64,000 nucleotides of DNA from Amoebidium appalachense. Lineage: Eukaryota; Protista; Ichthyosporea. The notes beneath the pieces were generated by a model that worked only from the letters and a program-made list of their open reading frames with translations, searched no databases and had not been told where the DNA came from. This document shows, in pieces, positions 32,137 to 55,654 of the stretch (within the stretch, counting starts at the first letter, position 1; each line of letters begins with the position of its first letter). The DNA lies in the NCBI GenBank assembly GCA_963693365.1, contig CAVNZM010000003.1, positions 8,600,046-8,664,045 of the forward strand, in the 5' to 3' direction. Both the position numbers and the translations under genes were made by a program.

Positions 32137-32530
32137 TTGTTTTGTACGGGTCTAAGGGAGCAGAGTGCACAGAGGTGTCATGTAAACACGACAAACACTA
32201 TATGGAGAGGGCAATCGGAGTTGTTCACGACACAAGAAAGTTTGAAACAACAACTGACGTTTATTGCACTCTCGGGCTATTTTGTTCTGGCTCATTCATC
32301 ATCTCATCTCAACTAAAAGAAGGGAACCAAACGGGTTCCTTCAATCTAAAGAGCAATACTTTCCCATCTAGAAACGCTTTCTAACTTCCGGCACAACAGA
32401 AGCTTAGAAACTCTACGTAAATAAATTAAGTAACTCAAACAACTTGTCACTATTAATACTCATATATATTTACATTCGTCTCTATAAAGAAACTCATCTA
32501 AATACATATATTACCTAATAGTCGACACTC
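32135..32530 (+). repeat. Diverged relative of the LTR-like repeat
   Basis: Start tgttgttttgtacgggtctaagggagcagagtgcacagaggtgtcatg resembles tgttattttgtgtgggtaaacggagaagcagagagcacagatgggtgttatg at 34738. Right boundary uncertain. Confidence 0.35.
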
Positions 32531-33611
32531 TCAGAGTGAGGACACATCATGGGAATGCAACAGGTTGCAAAAGGTTACAATGTTACTCTGTCCGAAACTA
32601 GACGCCTTCCGCCCTCGAATTGCCGCCATCCGTTGAGGATTTGTGGCTTCAAGGTGTTTCCGGGCCAAGGGTATGTACATCTATCTGGAAATTCTCGGGA
32701 AATTTAGGTACCTTGCGGGAAAGGAAAGTTGCCCGAAAGATAGGTGAAAATTTGGGAAAGGAGCGAGAAATTTAGCATATCGTGGGATAGATGATCTTGT
32801 TTGATCCGAGCGATCTATCTCCGGAATTTCGAAAAAAGTAGGCCGGAAAGATCCAAATTTCTCGTGGTCTAGGGGTATGTATGTGGTATATAGGGTATGG
32901 TTTACAGGTTTTTGCCCTCTTCCTTTGGAAGGCACATGATTGGACTGCAAGAATCGTAAACAAACCAAAAAAAGGTGGGAGTTTTAACCATGTCAAATGA
33001 CATTGTTTTCCTGAGAGAGGGGCGATGGGATTGTGTGTAATCCAATCAAAGTGAGCATAACAAGAGCTTGGCTGGCTATAAATGGCTGGAACAGGTTTTT
33101 GGCGGGCCCGCCAGTGCTGAGCCTAAGCACCACTTTAAAAAAATTTACTCTTGGAGGGAAATGATTGTAGTGGCTGAAATCGCAAGATTAATGTAATTGG
33201 CAGCATTCAACCAATGAAAACAAATGTTTGCAAGCGATTGTTGACACTTTGGAAAGGTATATGGGTTTACACACTTTTTATTGCGTGGACACTGCCGGAG
33301 GCCCAGCCACATTCGACGGCCTACTGCGTTTTCCAGCGCAGCCAATCAAATGCATCCAGTGACATATGTACATGCTAGGCAACAATGAGCGCCATCGTAG
33401 TATATGACACCCCTATTACATATTATGGGTAAGCAGAGGCTAGCGCTATCGGTAGCTCCGAAAGAAAGTTAAGGCACCGGATCACAATATCATACTGTGC
33501 AGCATTAATAAGGCGATCTAGGATAGTCATCTTAAAACGGATATATTGAGGAAGAGAGGAAGAAAAGAGAATAAAACCGCCAACAACCTCCGGTTCTAAT
33601 ACGTTAGCTAA

Positions 33612-34577
33612 GGGCCTGTTTGGCAACGCGGAGTTCGCGGCCTAACTCCGGAGTAAGATCGATTTTGGAGTTAGGGCGTAACGCGAATTTCTGAAATCCG
33701 CGGATGCCAAACAGACGGCCCAATCTGGCCTGTGAACGCTGGAATCCAAACCCCTCGGACATCGCTTGAACTCCAAATTCTAGAATCCACCTCCGGAGGT
33801 GGATTATGCGCAAAATGTTCAACTCCGTGTGAAGGTCTAAACCAATGAAAATACATGTCATGAGACCTTTTCACATACCTCTCTCGGCCAATAGTCGGCA
33901 GTGCAATATAGCCAAAAAACGTTAAAGTGGAAAAGGCGCCAAACGGAAAGTCCGTTGTCACCGGCATGGCCAGCTTGCTGGTGAGCCTGCGACAGCCCGA
34001 GCGCAGGCTGCGACACAGCCACACACAGCCGGCCACGTGTGGTAGGTCGTATAAAAACAAGCCCCCCCTCAACTATACTTCCTCTTCGCGGCCAACTTGT
34101 AGGCAACTTTTTTTTACCATTAGACAATCTTTTGCACATTGGTCAAGATTGTCTGAACCGACAAGATGCCTGTAGGGTGAAGCAAAGAATGCAATTGCTG
34201 CAATTGCGGCCGAAAGGGCCATGTTTCGTGCTAAATACATAGTGGTTTTGCAACCGGAAACGTTGTTGTTGTTATATATGCAAATGGTATCATCACAGTG
34301 TATACAAATACATACATACGGGACAATGCACAGTCACGAGTACTGAGTCCTAGGTACGATATACGTGCAAAGTATGTGCACGCCGATCAACGTAAAACTT
34401 GCGCAATGTGACTTGGTAAACTAAGCTGAAAAAAGTGTTGTCTGTTTGGCACGAGCGGTTATCTACGCCAGGTTTTGACCTAAATCCGCATTACGAGTCA
34501 GAATCTGGATACTGATTTGATACCCGGCGTATACGGTCTACGCCGGAGTTCGTAACTCCGGGTTGCCAAACAGGCCC
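33612..34577. mobile_element. Non-autonomous PIF/Harbinger (Tourist-like) element, 966 bp
   Basis: TIR GGGCCTGTTTGGCAAC / GTTGCCAAACAGGCCC with TAA TSD on both sides (33609-33611, 34578-34580). No transposase. Confidence 0.9.
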
Positions 34578-34737
34578 TAACAGGTTGCACTTATTGATAG
34601 ATATGCAGCCGCGAGTAAACCGCCCCCCACACATATTACACATACGAGCAGGAGACACCAGAAACCGATTACACCGCCAATCCATAATCATCTTTGCGTT
34701 TTTACACCACACCACATTTACGACTAAACGAATCTAT

Positions 34738-35117
34738 TGTTATTTTGTGTGGGTAAACGGAGAAGCAGAGAGCACAGATGGGTGTTATGTTATACACAAC
34801 ACAGAGACACACGGGAGAAACACAACCGGAGAGGTGGAACGATTTCTGGAACCATAGGAAATGAATACGACTGCTTAATATTTATTCCAAGATGAAGTCC
34901 CTTTTATACTTGGGAATGTGAAAACAATAAACCAATCAAAAGAACGAAAACTCTATTTTCCAATCAGAAAGACGAAAACTATGAGTGTAAAATATATCGA
35001 TCAAAATGTCTGTCGACACATAGAATATAATCAATCCTCTAATGAAAGAAACTTCTAATAAAAGCACGGAAACATTTAACAAAATGAAACCACTTATGTA
35101 ACTATTAGTTCACAACA
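34738..35117 (+). repeat. Solo-LTR-like repeat
   Basis: Starts TGTTA; second copy inverted at 133-396; AATAAA near 35057. The right end (35101 or 35117) and TSD are uncertain. Confidence 0.5.
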
Positions 35118-35457
35118 TACATTTATACATGTTCTTATCATAACACGTCTAAATATAATTATTCCTAATAGTTGGAGAACATAGCACAATGCTACGTCGT
35201 GAGAAAGGAATGAGAAAGGAATGTAAGTTACTATATTTGGGAAAATACAAACGAGATTTGATTGGATGACATATATAGATTTTGACACAAACGACAATAC
35301 GTGTGCGCGAGCTAAGTATGTCGATACGTACACAGATCTAAGATATCGGTGTACACGGAAACAGAAATAAAAGAAGGAAAGGAAGAAAGGAAAAGGAAAC
35401 AAACTACAACAAACTAATAAACAAATACAAAACTCAACTTCTAAGTCTTGCTGAGAA

Positions 35458-37200
35458 TCAAGTGAAGATGACATCTATGTATGAACGAGACTCTCTAACC
35501 GTATCCGCCATATAAGCTACTATTAGTTGGTGTTCAGTTTGCGGTCCTAACACCGGAAGGGACTCAACACGTAGAGTAAAAAGATATCTATCAGCCATAG
35601 ACTTGAAACTATTCATATTCACACTATGATCTAGCCGTACCTCCGGTGGGGTCGCCAGCCATTCCGCATAACGCTCGGCAATGGGCAGAGACAATGGGGA
35701 AGGGGAGAGGTACTAGTAGAGGGGCGAGTCCGGTGGGGATGCGTGTAGCCGGAAGAGCGGGTGATCCGGGACACAAGCGGACAGGCGGGTGATGTGCTCG
35801 TGAAATTTAAGGGCTAATTCGTGTACGCGTTGTGATGGTGGTGTGAGTGCGTAGAGAGAATCAAAAAGGCGTCTAGGGATAGGTGTGGAGAGACCAGCAG
35901 TGAGAAACGTACAACAAGTTGTGTAGTGGAAATCATCTATTGATTTGAGGACATTAGCCTACGGTAACAGTATCAGGGGGTGCCATAGCTAGTAAGGGCA
36001 ACCCGTATTCAGACAAAGGGCGAATATATGTGCGAAATATACTAAGACGATTGTATTAGTAGGCCGGTGGACAGTATGAGAAAGAGTAGCAAGATACACA
36101 TCCCTAAATAACCGAAGACACCTGCCTGCACTCTCCACCCGACGGTCGATCATCCGTTTGAAACATATGCCCCATTCGTCCACCGGAATCCCCAAATACT
36201 TGTATTCGATTGGGCGAGGGAGGGGACTGCCGAAATGATACAAAGACGGTCGTCCCATGCCAGTATCGATTTTGATAAAAGGGCACACTTTATGACATTA
36301 ACCTTCATATCGTTGCGCTGGCACCAATGTTCAACCACACGAATGTATTGCCGTAGTTCGATAGGATCGGATGACACAAGCACAATATCATCGGCAAAAA
36401 AGAGGGCGGGGGGAGCCTGGGATGGCAACCCCCCGTCAATTTGTGCCGCAGAAAGAGCGTCGGCTAAATCATCAATATACAGGTTGAAAAGAAGAGGGCT
36501 TAGCAGGGACGCTTGAAGTACCCCCGCGCGTGCGGGTAAACCCTGGGGATAGCCGCCCATTAACCACCGCTCGTCCGCGTGTAATCGTAAACATAGCTTT
36601 CAGTAGCCGACCCATTTGGAATGGGACACCGCGAGTGGCCAACTTGGCCCACAGGCGAGGGAGGTCGACCGTGTCGTACGCGTTCTTAAAATCAATAAAT
36701 ACGAGGTGCTCGGTATCCCTAGGAGTTGCATTATGTAGAGTGAGGATTTGTGCGTAACATGAGTGTCGATGCCGAAACGCCGCCTGAAGAGGGCTCAGCT
36801 GGGAAGCCTGCTTAAGGGTGGGGTTACGGGAAAAGGCCTGTAAAAGGCCACTTTCGAATATTCGGCGAAAAACGGACGTAAGGGTGATAGGGCGAAATTC
36901 GTGAATGGGACCCCGTGCAACTGTTTTCTTGATGGGAAACACTATGGTGGCTAGCCACTCCGAGGGCACTTTACCGACATCAGAATACCAGCTAAACAAT
37001 TCGCTAAGAATACACGTAAGTGGTGGCGGCGGGCCACGCTTTTCGTCTTTCTCGGGTCGGGGTGGGATGAGTACCTTAAGTAGTGCCATAGGGATGCCGT
37101 CCGGCCCGCACGCTTTGCGGGACGGGTAACGGGAGACTAACTGCCATTACCGCATCTGGGGTAAAAAGTTCCCCCAGTTCAGTCCCAAACTCAGCCGGCC
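35458..37200 (-). pseudogene. 5'-truncated non-LTR retrotransposon (LINE) reverse transcriptase relic
   Basis: KACGPDGIP, FRPITLTSVFRRIFE, QAAFR, FIDFKNAYDTV, GVLQASLLSPLLFNLYIDDL, LFFADDI and YKYLGI, spread over several frameshifts. Confidence 0.92.
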
Positions 37201-37989
37201 CCGCTGGCCACGACATTTCAAATTTCAAGTGCATTTTCATGACATCAATCTTGACGAGTGATTGGACATAAACCAATTGGATTAGAGAACTTGCAACCAT
37301 AAACTGTAGTATACATCAGTCATGTGATTCAAGTTATGACCTGAAGCTGTTAGAGGTTTTTGGGGCTGCAGGGGGAGGGGGGGGGTGGGGGGGGGAGGGG
37401 GGAGGGGATGAGATTCAGTGTGCGGCTGGGTGTTTGGGTATATGTGTTTATGTTTGTTTGTGTAGGCCGGGGGGAGAGGGGGACGGGATGGGGGGGGAGG
37501 GGGGGGGGGGAGGGGAAGGAGGGTTGGGGGGGCGGGGGGGGGGATGCCTATGGGCCGGGATGTGTGGTGGGGGAGGGGGTGGTGGTAGTTGTATAGCATC
37601 TTAGTGGTAAAGGATGTTAGAGTGATGGCTTTAGCGCAAAGCGAGGGCAACCGATCATCTTGTCGTAGCTTTCCATCAACTGCCAAATTTACGAATCTTC
37701 AATTTACCATTGGCTAGGCGGTTACCCAAATGGCAAAGGGATGCAGCCTGGTAGGGTTATGGGTGGATGTTTCAGGTGATTGTGGGACGGTTGCTGTTTT
37801 GCATTTTATTTGGTGGGTTTGCACGGTAGCAGTCACGGTGGCCTGAAAACTGTTTTTTAGCGTCACACTCTGGCTCACGGTTAAGGGGTTAAAACTACCC
37901 CCAATATGGTCGGTAGCAGTTTTATGGGTGTGTGCTAACTCTTATAATTTTCAAATTTAACCCCCCCCTTCCTCACACACACAAACACA

Positions 37990-38034
<45 letters not shown>

Positions 38035-38035
38035 G

Positions 38036-38152
<117 letters not shown>

Positions 38153-38249
38153 ACACACACACACTCAAAAAAGAGAGAGAGAGAGAAAAAGAAAAAGAAA
38201 AGAAAAGAAACACTAATAGCCATTCCTACTTGGTACCCTTCCATGATTA

Positions 38250-44620
<6,371 letters not shown>

Positions 44621-44775
44621 TATAACTAAAAATAAATATGTATAATTATCATTTCAGAAAAAGGCGAAAAGGAATAGAAGATCGCAAATTCCTAATTCCT
44701 ATAGACCTGCATACATCTTTCATCCAATCAAACTACATCTAGCAATGTAGATCACGGCCAACAACAATCTTAAAA

Positions 44776-47086
<2,311 letters not shown>

Positions 47087-47177
47087 CTTGGCGGTAGGTT
47101 TGAATGGTAAAACTAGAATAGAGTTGATATTGGGTGTGCGAGAGAACAAGAATGATGGGAGACGGGGAGGGTTTTGG

Positions 47178-47373
47178 TTTATATAGCCGGTGGGTGAGCC
47201 ACTCACAGGCTGGTGGAATGTGCATTTTGTCGCCTGGGCGTCAAATTCCTCGGGAACCAATCAAGCAGGGTCAAATAAAAACCGATCGGGCTAATGATTG
47301 GCTTTGCACGCACCGTATCTAGCTGCTGATTCGCTAAGATCTGGAAGTCTTTTGTACCTGACATAGAGCCAAT
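47178..47373 (-). promoter_or_regulatory. Promoter of the RFTS-like gene
   Basis: TATATAAA on the minus strand at 47185-47178, ~90 bp upstream of the ATG; CCAAT/ATTGG at 47257, 47297 and 47369. Confidence 0.5.
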
Positions 47374-47866
47374 CATTGCGGTGCTTGCCAGCGGCTGTGC
47401 AGCCTGTGCTCACGGTACGGGCCGGCGGCACTGCGGCGGTGCCGGCGGTGCAGCCCCTTCGAAGTGCTTTGTAGTCAGCCAGTTCAGAACACACACATTG
47501 TATATACTGTTACATTATGTATTTTTATAGAGTAAACAATGGGGGACTGGCTGCGTTCGTTTTGCTCTCGAAAATCCGTAGCAGTAGAATTGCCGCATGC
47601 TCATCATGGCAATCGCAAAAACAGGCCTAATAGGCCGGAGGCCCGAGATGATGTAATCATATCATACGCGCATGATACTCGGAGGCCTGGCCTTGGGGAA
47701 TCAGGGCGGGCGGGCGGGCGGGCGGGCGGGGGGAGAGGGGAAGGGGGGAGGGGAGGGGGGGGGGGGGGGGGGGGGGGAAGGGAGGGGGGGTGTACAGAGG
47801 GGAGGGGGGGAAGGGAGGGGAGGGGGGTGTACAGAAGGGGAGGGGGCACGGGGGGCGGGGGGAGAA

Positions 47867-47926
<60 letters not shown>

Positions 47927-47998
47927 CGCTGAGTACACCAAAAATAAGCCAGTAACAACCGAACTTCGGCGAAGCAATTAGCGAGTCTGGAGGTTTGT

Positions 47999-50099
47999 TG
48001 ATAATTCGCACAGATCTATTCGGACACTTTTGTCCTAATAAACCTATTTTTAGACGATCGCGCTATTTCTAGCGCAGTTGCATAGTAACCAGGCCTCAAA
48101 AAGGTGAAAAACGTGAAATTCACGTCATTTCGACTTAGTAACATATATAACATGTAGGGTCTCCGACGCCATCTCTTGGGCGCATTTGGTCATCGAAGTT
48201 GGCGACCTTCTAAGAAAACACGTGGTTTTTCCGCTAAATTTTATTTTAAACTAAAATAACTTTGGTTGTGTGTTTCTGGAGCGGCTAAGACCACTATGTG
48301 CTGCTAGCTAGAGATATAGGCTAACGCATGCAAAAAACCCGACCACCTAAGCTTAATTCTGAGGCAACCTACCTAAGGTCCAACTTAGGGCAACTTTTAT
48401 CGAGAAAACCTTAGCCACACTGTCCCTGTTACCACCCGTTCTACTTCTAAGACAATGTTTACGACTTTTCTTCAATTTTTCTGGCTAGTTAATGAGGAAA
48501 GTAAGTACAAAAGGTTTTAAACGTTGTTCTTCTTTACACTTGTTGCTACTAGTTCCGGTCCCTTCTATTGTAGAAAGACAAAATAAAGGAAGCTTATACC
48601 CCACGAAAGGTATGCTCGACATCACAAACCGAAAGCAGTCTGCAAAGTCTGCAACTTTACGTCCCCCCCCCCCCCACCCCCCCCCACCCCCCCCCCCCCC
48701 CCCCCCCCCCACCCACCTCCTCTCTCTCTCTCACCTACTGCTCCTGCTCTTTGGTTCTGCGGTGGCGTACAGGCACCCCCTTTTCCAGGTGCAGCTCGTA
48801 GCAGTTGCGATCTGAAATTTTTGTAGCACAATGCCACACCGCACCTGCTGCACATCCAGCTCACCCTGCTGCGCTTGTATCCCTTTTGATCCGTGCGCGC
48901 GCACATAACACAGTCGAGCCGCTTGCCGGAATCAATAAGCACCGGGTGACCGAGGTTGCTTCGTTTGGCGGTTGTGGTGTTTGTTGACAGCGATTTTAGT
49001 ATGCGCGCGCTTTGTTTGCCGGCTTGCAGAAGTTGAGAAGTTCACCCGCAAGTTTTTCGCGCCACTGCTCGTTTGAAAGTGCATTCTTGTCCCCGTCTGC
49101 AATGAAATGCTTGTAGGCCAGGTAGGTGTTTACAAACACCATACCAACTAACCCAGCAAAGGTGCGGTGCCAGGGTGTGTGGGGGACCCATGCCTGCTCG
49201 AGTGAACTGTTCCCTTGCTGGAGTTTGTTGTGTACGTCTGCACTGTTGAAATATGTGAAGTTCCGCACTGCTTTTGGCATGGGCACTTGTGTTCCGTTTT
49301 TTGTGATACGGGGAGCTCCTGCTTCCGTACTACCTGCCGTCGTTACTACACGCATGCTGAAATCCTTATCCTTCCAACGTATGGGGGGGAAGGGAGAGGG
49401 AGAGGGCGAGCCCCCCCCCCCCCCCCGCCCCCCTCCCCCCCCCTCCCCCCCTCCCCCCAATAAAAAGGATATATACGCCTTCGCACATCCCACAACTAGC
49501 TGAATCTCGCTCCGTGGTACTTCTTCTACTTTCCCGTCGTAGTCTATGTGTACCAACCATTTATTGTTCTTTAATACTTGCACAGTTGTGCCTGTGGGCT
49601 GTTTCGTTTCCCATTCTTCACCAAACTGCTCTTCACTCCAACGTTCATCACCGTTCCTGACTCTACCATCAAAGATGCGTGCAAAAACCCAAACTCTCTG
49701 GTCTTTCCTTAAACGCCTAACCATTTTCTTTTCTTTTCACTTATTTCTACCCTAGTTCTACCTTGTTCTTTTTGTTTTCTAGCGCGCAAACTATCTTGCG
49801 GTGTCTTTTAGTTCGGAAACCAAACGCCGTCCGTGATCGGACAGTCGGACACCCCAAAACTGGGGGAAAACGGTTGCACCCATGATCTTTTGCGCGCCAA
49901 AAGCTACTCACCCTGCAGTCCTATTGGTTTCCTATAAAGACAAAAAAGGCAGGAAAATACTAGACCTCATTGGCCATACCCAGCTTGTGGGGTGTTTCCT
50001 AGCGAAAACAACGCTAGCGACGCCGCCGAAAAAGATAGGACACTTTTGTCCTTTTTAGCCATTAATTAGGAACGATTTGTCCGGTTATGCGGATTATCA
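47999..50099 (-). mobile_element. Non-canonical piggyBac-like DNA transposon (internally deleted), TG...CA ends, 4-bp TTGT TSD
   Basis: TIR TGATAATTCGCA / TGCGGATTATCA, flanked by TTGT at 47995-47998 and 50100-50103. Subterminal GGACACTTTTGTCCT near both ends. Confidence 0.75.
48735..49724 (-). pseudogene. piggyBac-like transposase remnant with Tudor/SH3-like N-terminus and C-terminal Cys-rich domain
   Basis: WKDK...SADVHNKLQQG..LEQAW...WHR.F..LVGMVFVNTYLAY...WREKLAGELL, then CVMC..CSRCGVALC..CYELH. Central catalytic region absent; stop and frameshift present. Confidence 0.8.
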
Positions 50100-50273
50100 T
50101 TGTTTTGCAGTGCAAGGAAGGCAACAATACTCCTGTGTACGGTATGTATGTACGTAGGGCAAGGCTTGAAGGGGGATCAGATGCAGACAACGGTTTGCAA
50201 AACAAATGTGGGAACTCTGCGTCATAGCTACATGTACAGGCTGTGGGCGCTCACGTGCATGATGCAAGCATGT

Positions 50274-50395
<122 letters not shown>

Positions 50396-50486
50396 GCGGC
50401 TTTTGCATGTGTGTTGTACATGAGAACGGTGCTGAAAATTTTGTTTGTTGTGAGTTTTGTTTTCTCTTTTTGTGTGTATGTTTGTG

Positions 50487-50565
<79 letters not shown>

Positions 50566-51490
50566 ATATGTGCGTGCGTGCGTGCGTGTGTATACCCTTG
50601 CCAAGTGCAGTGAGTTGTGTGTTTGTTTGTTTTTTGTTGTTGTTTTAAACGTTGTGTGTGTGTGTGCATGTGCATGCCGTACCACGGTGTTTAGATTTGT
50701 GTGGCGCTCAGAGCCTATGAGCCTGCGAGCATGCTTAATAATAATCTTACGGGAAGCTAGAGGTGTAGGACTGAGGAGTTAAAGGGAGGCCTCCCCTGGG
50801 GGAGAGACAGCTGCAGGAGTGAGGGGAGGGTTCCTTTTCCTCACTGGCATTGCTTAGTTGCCATAAGCTATTGTAGGAACGTGTGCATGGGTACACTTAG
50901 GATAATTTTGATGTAGGTATACCATCTTGCCTGAAGGTATAATAGGCAAAGCCAAGTGAACGTCATAGTAGTCTTTGTATTAATGTGAAACGGGATAAAA
51001 CCATGATAAAGGGGAGGGAGGTGGAAGAGAGGGATACAGGCGCATTTTTTAAATAACTGATGCCAGGGGAATGTAAAGCTGAAGCATGAACAGAACCACG
51101 CGGGAGATGGGAGCAGGCAGTGAGACCACGCGCAAATCACCCAGAGGCAGTAACTCTTATTATCCCCAGTGCATACATGCAGTGCTGATTTCAGTACGTC
51201 TAACTCCCAACAAGTGCTCCCTTTTAGCTGTTAAGAACAGTAACGCTGGTATGTCGCCAGCCCGACATAGACTGACGAATCGTTTTCTTAGTGTATCATC
51301 CCCGTTTTTCGCCGATGAAAAAGTCCGAGTCCCTCATAGGAGCTTCCATATTCCACTAAGCACCGACTGTACAACGTAGCCAGGGTGCTAAGGGTGTAAT
51401 CAGCTGCACCAACTCAACGTTACCAATTCTAAGTTAGCTACCAGTATACATTTTGCCTCAGGCTCCCAAGCGGCAATGGTATTGAAAAAA

Positions 51491-51532
<42 letters not shown>

Positions 51533-51988
51533 CCGCCGCCCCGGGGCAACCTTCCACTTACATGGGGAAAGGGTCCGAGAAATCCCGCGAGGTGATGCCC
51601 CCTCCTAATCCCCCCCCCCCCCCCCCCACCACCACCACCACCACCATAACCACCCACCCTTCCCCCATCTCCCTCTCACTGCCCTGCCCCCCGCCCTCCC
51701 CCCCCCCCCCCCCCCTCTCCCCCCTTCCCCCCCTCCCCCCCCCCCCCCACCCCCCCTTCCCCCACCCCCCAACCACTCCACCACCACCACTACTACTGCA
51801 CCCACCCACCCAGCTTTCCCGGGACCGGCCCCAGAACTCTTTCCCCCGGGCCGGGCATCCGCCATCTTCTTTTTCACTGCCCGGCCAGCTCCTCGAATTT
51901 GACAAAGGCTATTTGGAAACGAAGTTATGCTTATTGGGTTCGTGTGTCCGTGTGTGTCATACCTTGTGTTGCATGTGTATATGTGTGA

Positions 51989-52305
<317 letters not shown>

Positions 52306-53060
52306 CGTGTATGCTTGTGTGTAGTGTATGTGTGTGTGTGAAGATGGTACCTCCTTCTCCCACTGCGGATGGTGTGTGTGAACAGAATATTAATCACCGT
52401 CCAGCATATGCATGCGTAACACGTTGGCGTCTGTGTGTGTGTTTGCACTTGTGTGTGTGTGTGTGTCTCTGCATGGGTGTGTGTCTTTTGTGATATGCAT
52501 GTGTTTGTGCATCTGTTTTGAAGTCGATTCATGCGTATGCATGCACGTTTGCGTGGCAGAGAAAAAGAGAAGAGGGAGATAATATGTGTGTGTTTGTGTG
52601 TCCATGATTGGTCTGAGCATGTACTCAGTAAGCGCGTCACCGAGTGAGTTTGTGTGTGTGTGCCTGAGTGAATGTGGACGTAATGATATGCGCGTGTAAC
52701 ATAGCATGTGTGTGTGTGTGTGCTTGTGTGCATTCTGGCACTGTCGGCGAGCGTGCTCTACCTGCAGTGGCATGCGCGTGTGCGTGTACATATGCATACT
52801 TTCTCCTTTTCATCTGTATAGAGTGTGTTTGAGTAAACTTGAATTGTGCGTTTTGGGCTTGACAATTTCGGAGCAAAACACGTTATCTGCATGTGCCGCC
52901 GTGCAAATGCATGTGGCACCTCGGTCGCGTGCATGTGTGTGTGTGGGGTGCATTATGTGTGTGCAGCTGCTTGCAAATAGGGAGAGGGAAGGGAAGACAA
53001 GGGGAGCGAGAGAGTGGGGGGAAATAGAGCGAGTGAGAGAGAGAGAGGGAGAGAGACGGG

Positions 53061-53124
<64 letters not shown>

Positions 53125-53713
53125 GGGGGGAGGGAGGGGGGGGGGGGGGGGGGTGGAGGGAGAAACAGACAGATAGAGGGCGAAAAAAAGAGAGAAAGGG
53201 AAAGAGCATATAGAGGTAGAGTCGGAGGGCACATGAGAGATTGAGGGAGGGGGGAGGGAGGATGGGAGAGAGAACGACGCAGAGGGACTGGATAGGGGGG
53301 GGGGCACTGGGGGGTGGGGGGCAGAGATAGAGAAAGAGGAGAGGGGAAGATGGTGATTCAATAGAGGGGGGGGAGGGGGGGGGGGGGAGGATCAAGGCAC
53401 TCTTTTCCATGGGGGGGTGGAGGGTGGGGGGACTTGAGGGGTCCGGGAGGACAGGGATGGCATCTCGAGGTTTACTAGGCCTATATAGCCAATGAGGCTT
53501 GGGGGCTAGCATGTACGGCCTCTGAGTAACCGTCGGCGATTCGAGGGATGTGTACGGCAACGATTGAAAATGAGGTTCACCGTAGTGGGAGTGACCCGAG
53601 CTGGGAATAGTTCTACTTTTTTTTCATTTTTATATTGGGGAGGGAGGAGACATCCGATGGGATCGTGTTGGTGACGGTGTGTACATGTGTGTGTCTGTGT
53701 GTGTGTGTGTGTA

Positions 53714-53846
<133 letters not shown>

Positions 53847-55006
53847 CGGTATTTATGTACTAATATTATTTTTCCTCTCTTCATATATTTTGTCTTCACT
53901 TTTGTATTTGGGTGTGTGTGTCTTTTTTTCTCGATGCGTCCTGCGCACCAAATTTAGTAAGGCGCATGTCGCGCACACACACACAGGTGTGATCGATACG
54001 ACCATGTCTGTGTGCATACTTACACAAATACCTACAACAATTCCATCTATGATATTTATCAAATCATCTGCACAAGGATCGGTTGCTTTACCATGCAATC
54101 TATGAAAAGAGGCGTGCAAATTATTTTAGCAATGCCTAGGCCCTGCAAATCTATGTATTATGTGACATGAGAACAAACCTTCAGACGTGGATTTGCACGT
54201 TTTTTCAAACTGTAAACCACTTACATAAAAAAATAAATGCAATAGTGAAATAAAAAACATAAACATGACCATCATCAAAAACTAGACGAGAAGTTGCTCT
54301 ACGTATGCGACTATTAATTTGCTTACCTTGGTGTAGTTTTGCCCGCCCTCATGGAGACTCTTGAAGTCCATACTATCATAGGGCGAGTCGACGCGCAACA
54401 GGCCAACTTGATTGAGCACACGGAGGTAGTGTTTTGTCGGAAGCGAGCGCAGAAATAACCCGCGGAGAAAAGAGGGAAACTCGAGTTGCTAAGTAGCTTA
54501 CATGGTTGAGAATGGCCTGACTAAGCTTGTGTGCGGCTTTTTTGTTTGCGGAGGTGTGCGGGCTGATTCGGGCGAGTCGGACCCCAGGAAAAAGAGCAGC
54601 CAATCAAATGATTGTGAGATCCGCCAATCAGCGTTTGATATAAACAAAGTAATTTAAGCCAATCGCAAAATCTCACCGGATGCCACGTTGCTGTTGCCAG
54701 CCTGCCGCGCCCGCAACACAACCGTTGAATCATAAAACGTAGCTAATAGCAAACAGAGTAGACACATAGGTTTTAATAGAAACAAAACACAATTAATTAT
54801 ATCTTTGAATAGTGTAACCAAAGCATTTCTTATTTATCAATTTGTTGTGACGAGTCGACAACGTGGCCGTCTGTAATTTCCGGAGCACCCAGGCCCGCGG
54901 AATGCCGCAGCGTCCGACATGCCACGCGTGCACATGGCGCATGATCATAATTTGCCACCTCCCCCCCCCCCCCCCCCCAAAAAAAAAAAAAAAACACACA
55001 CACAGA

Positions 55007-55083
<77 letters not shown>

Positions 55084-55347
55084 GCACACACACACACACA
55101 CATGCACATGCACATATGTAGATGCGCACACATGCACACACATGCACACACACGCACACACACACACGCAGATATATAACGGCCTAACCCACCCACCCAC
55201 CCACCCACCAACACCACCACAAAGTCCATCACCCCGTGTATCTCTCAATCCCCTCCCCCCTCCCCCCTTCCTCCCCCAAGATCTTTCCCCGTGTCTTGCT
55301 CCCTCGCCTCCCTCCCTCCTCTCTCTGCTTACTACTCCTTTCAACTC

Positions 55348-55464
<117 letters not shown>

Positions 55465-55569
55465 CCTCCCTCCCTCCCTCCCTCCCTCCCTCCCTCCCTC
55501 CCTCTCTCTATTTCTCTCTCTCTCTCCCTCGCCCCCTCCCCCCCCCCCCCCCACACACACACACTCACA

Positions 55570-55654
<85 letters not shown>

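Noticed and set aside
33099-33138. Palindrome TGGCGGGCCCGCCA and nearby ...CACCACTTTAA as a Helitron or Kolobok end
   Set aside because: No CTRR terminus and no matching opposite end identified.
37872-37892. piggyBac-like right end (CACGGTTAAGGGG-TTAA)
   Set aside because: No matching left TIR or transposase found in the window.
54595-54665. Cluster of three CCAAT boxes and TATAAA
   Set aside because: No adjacent gene could be assigned.
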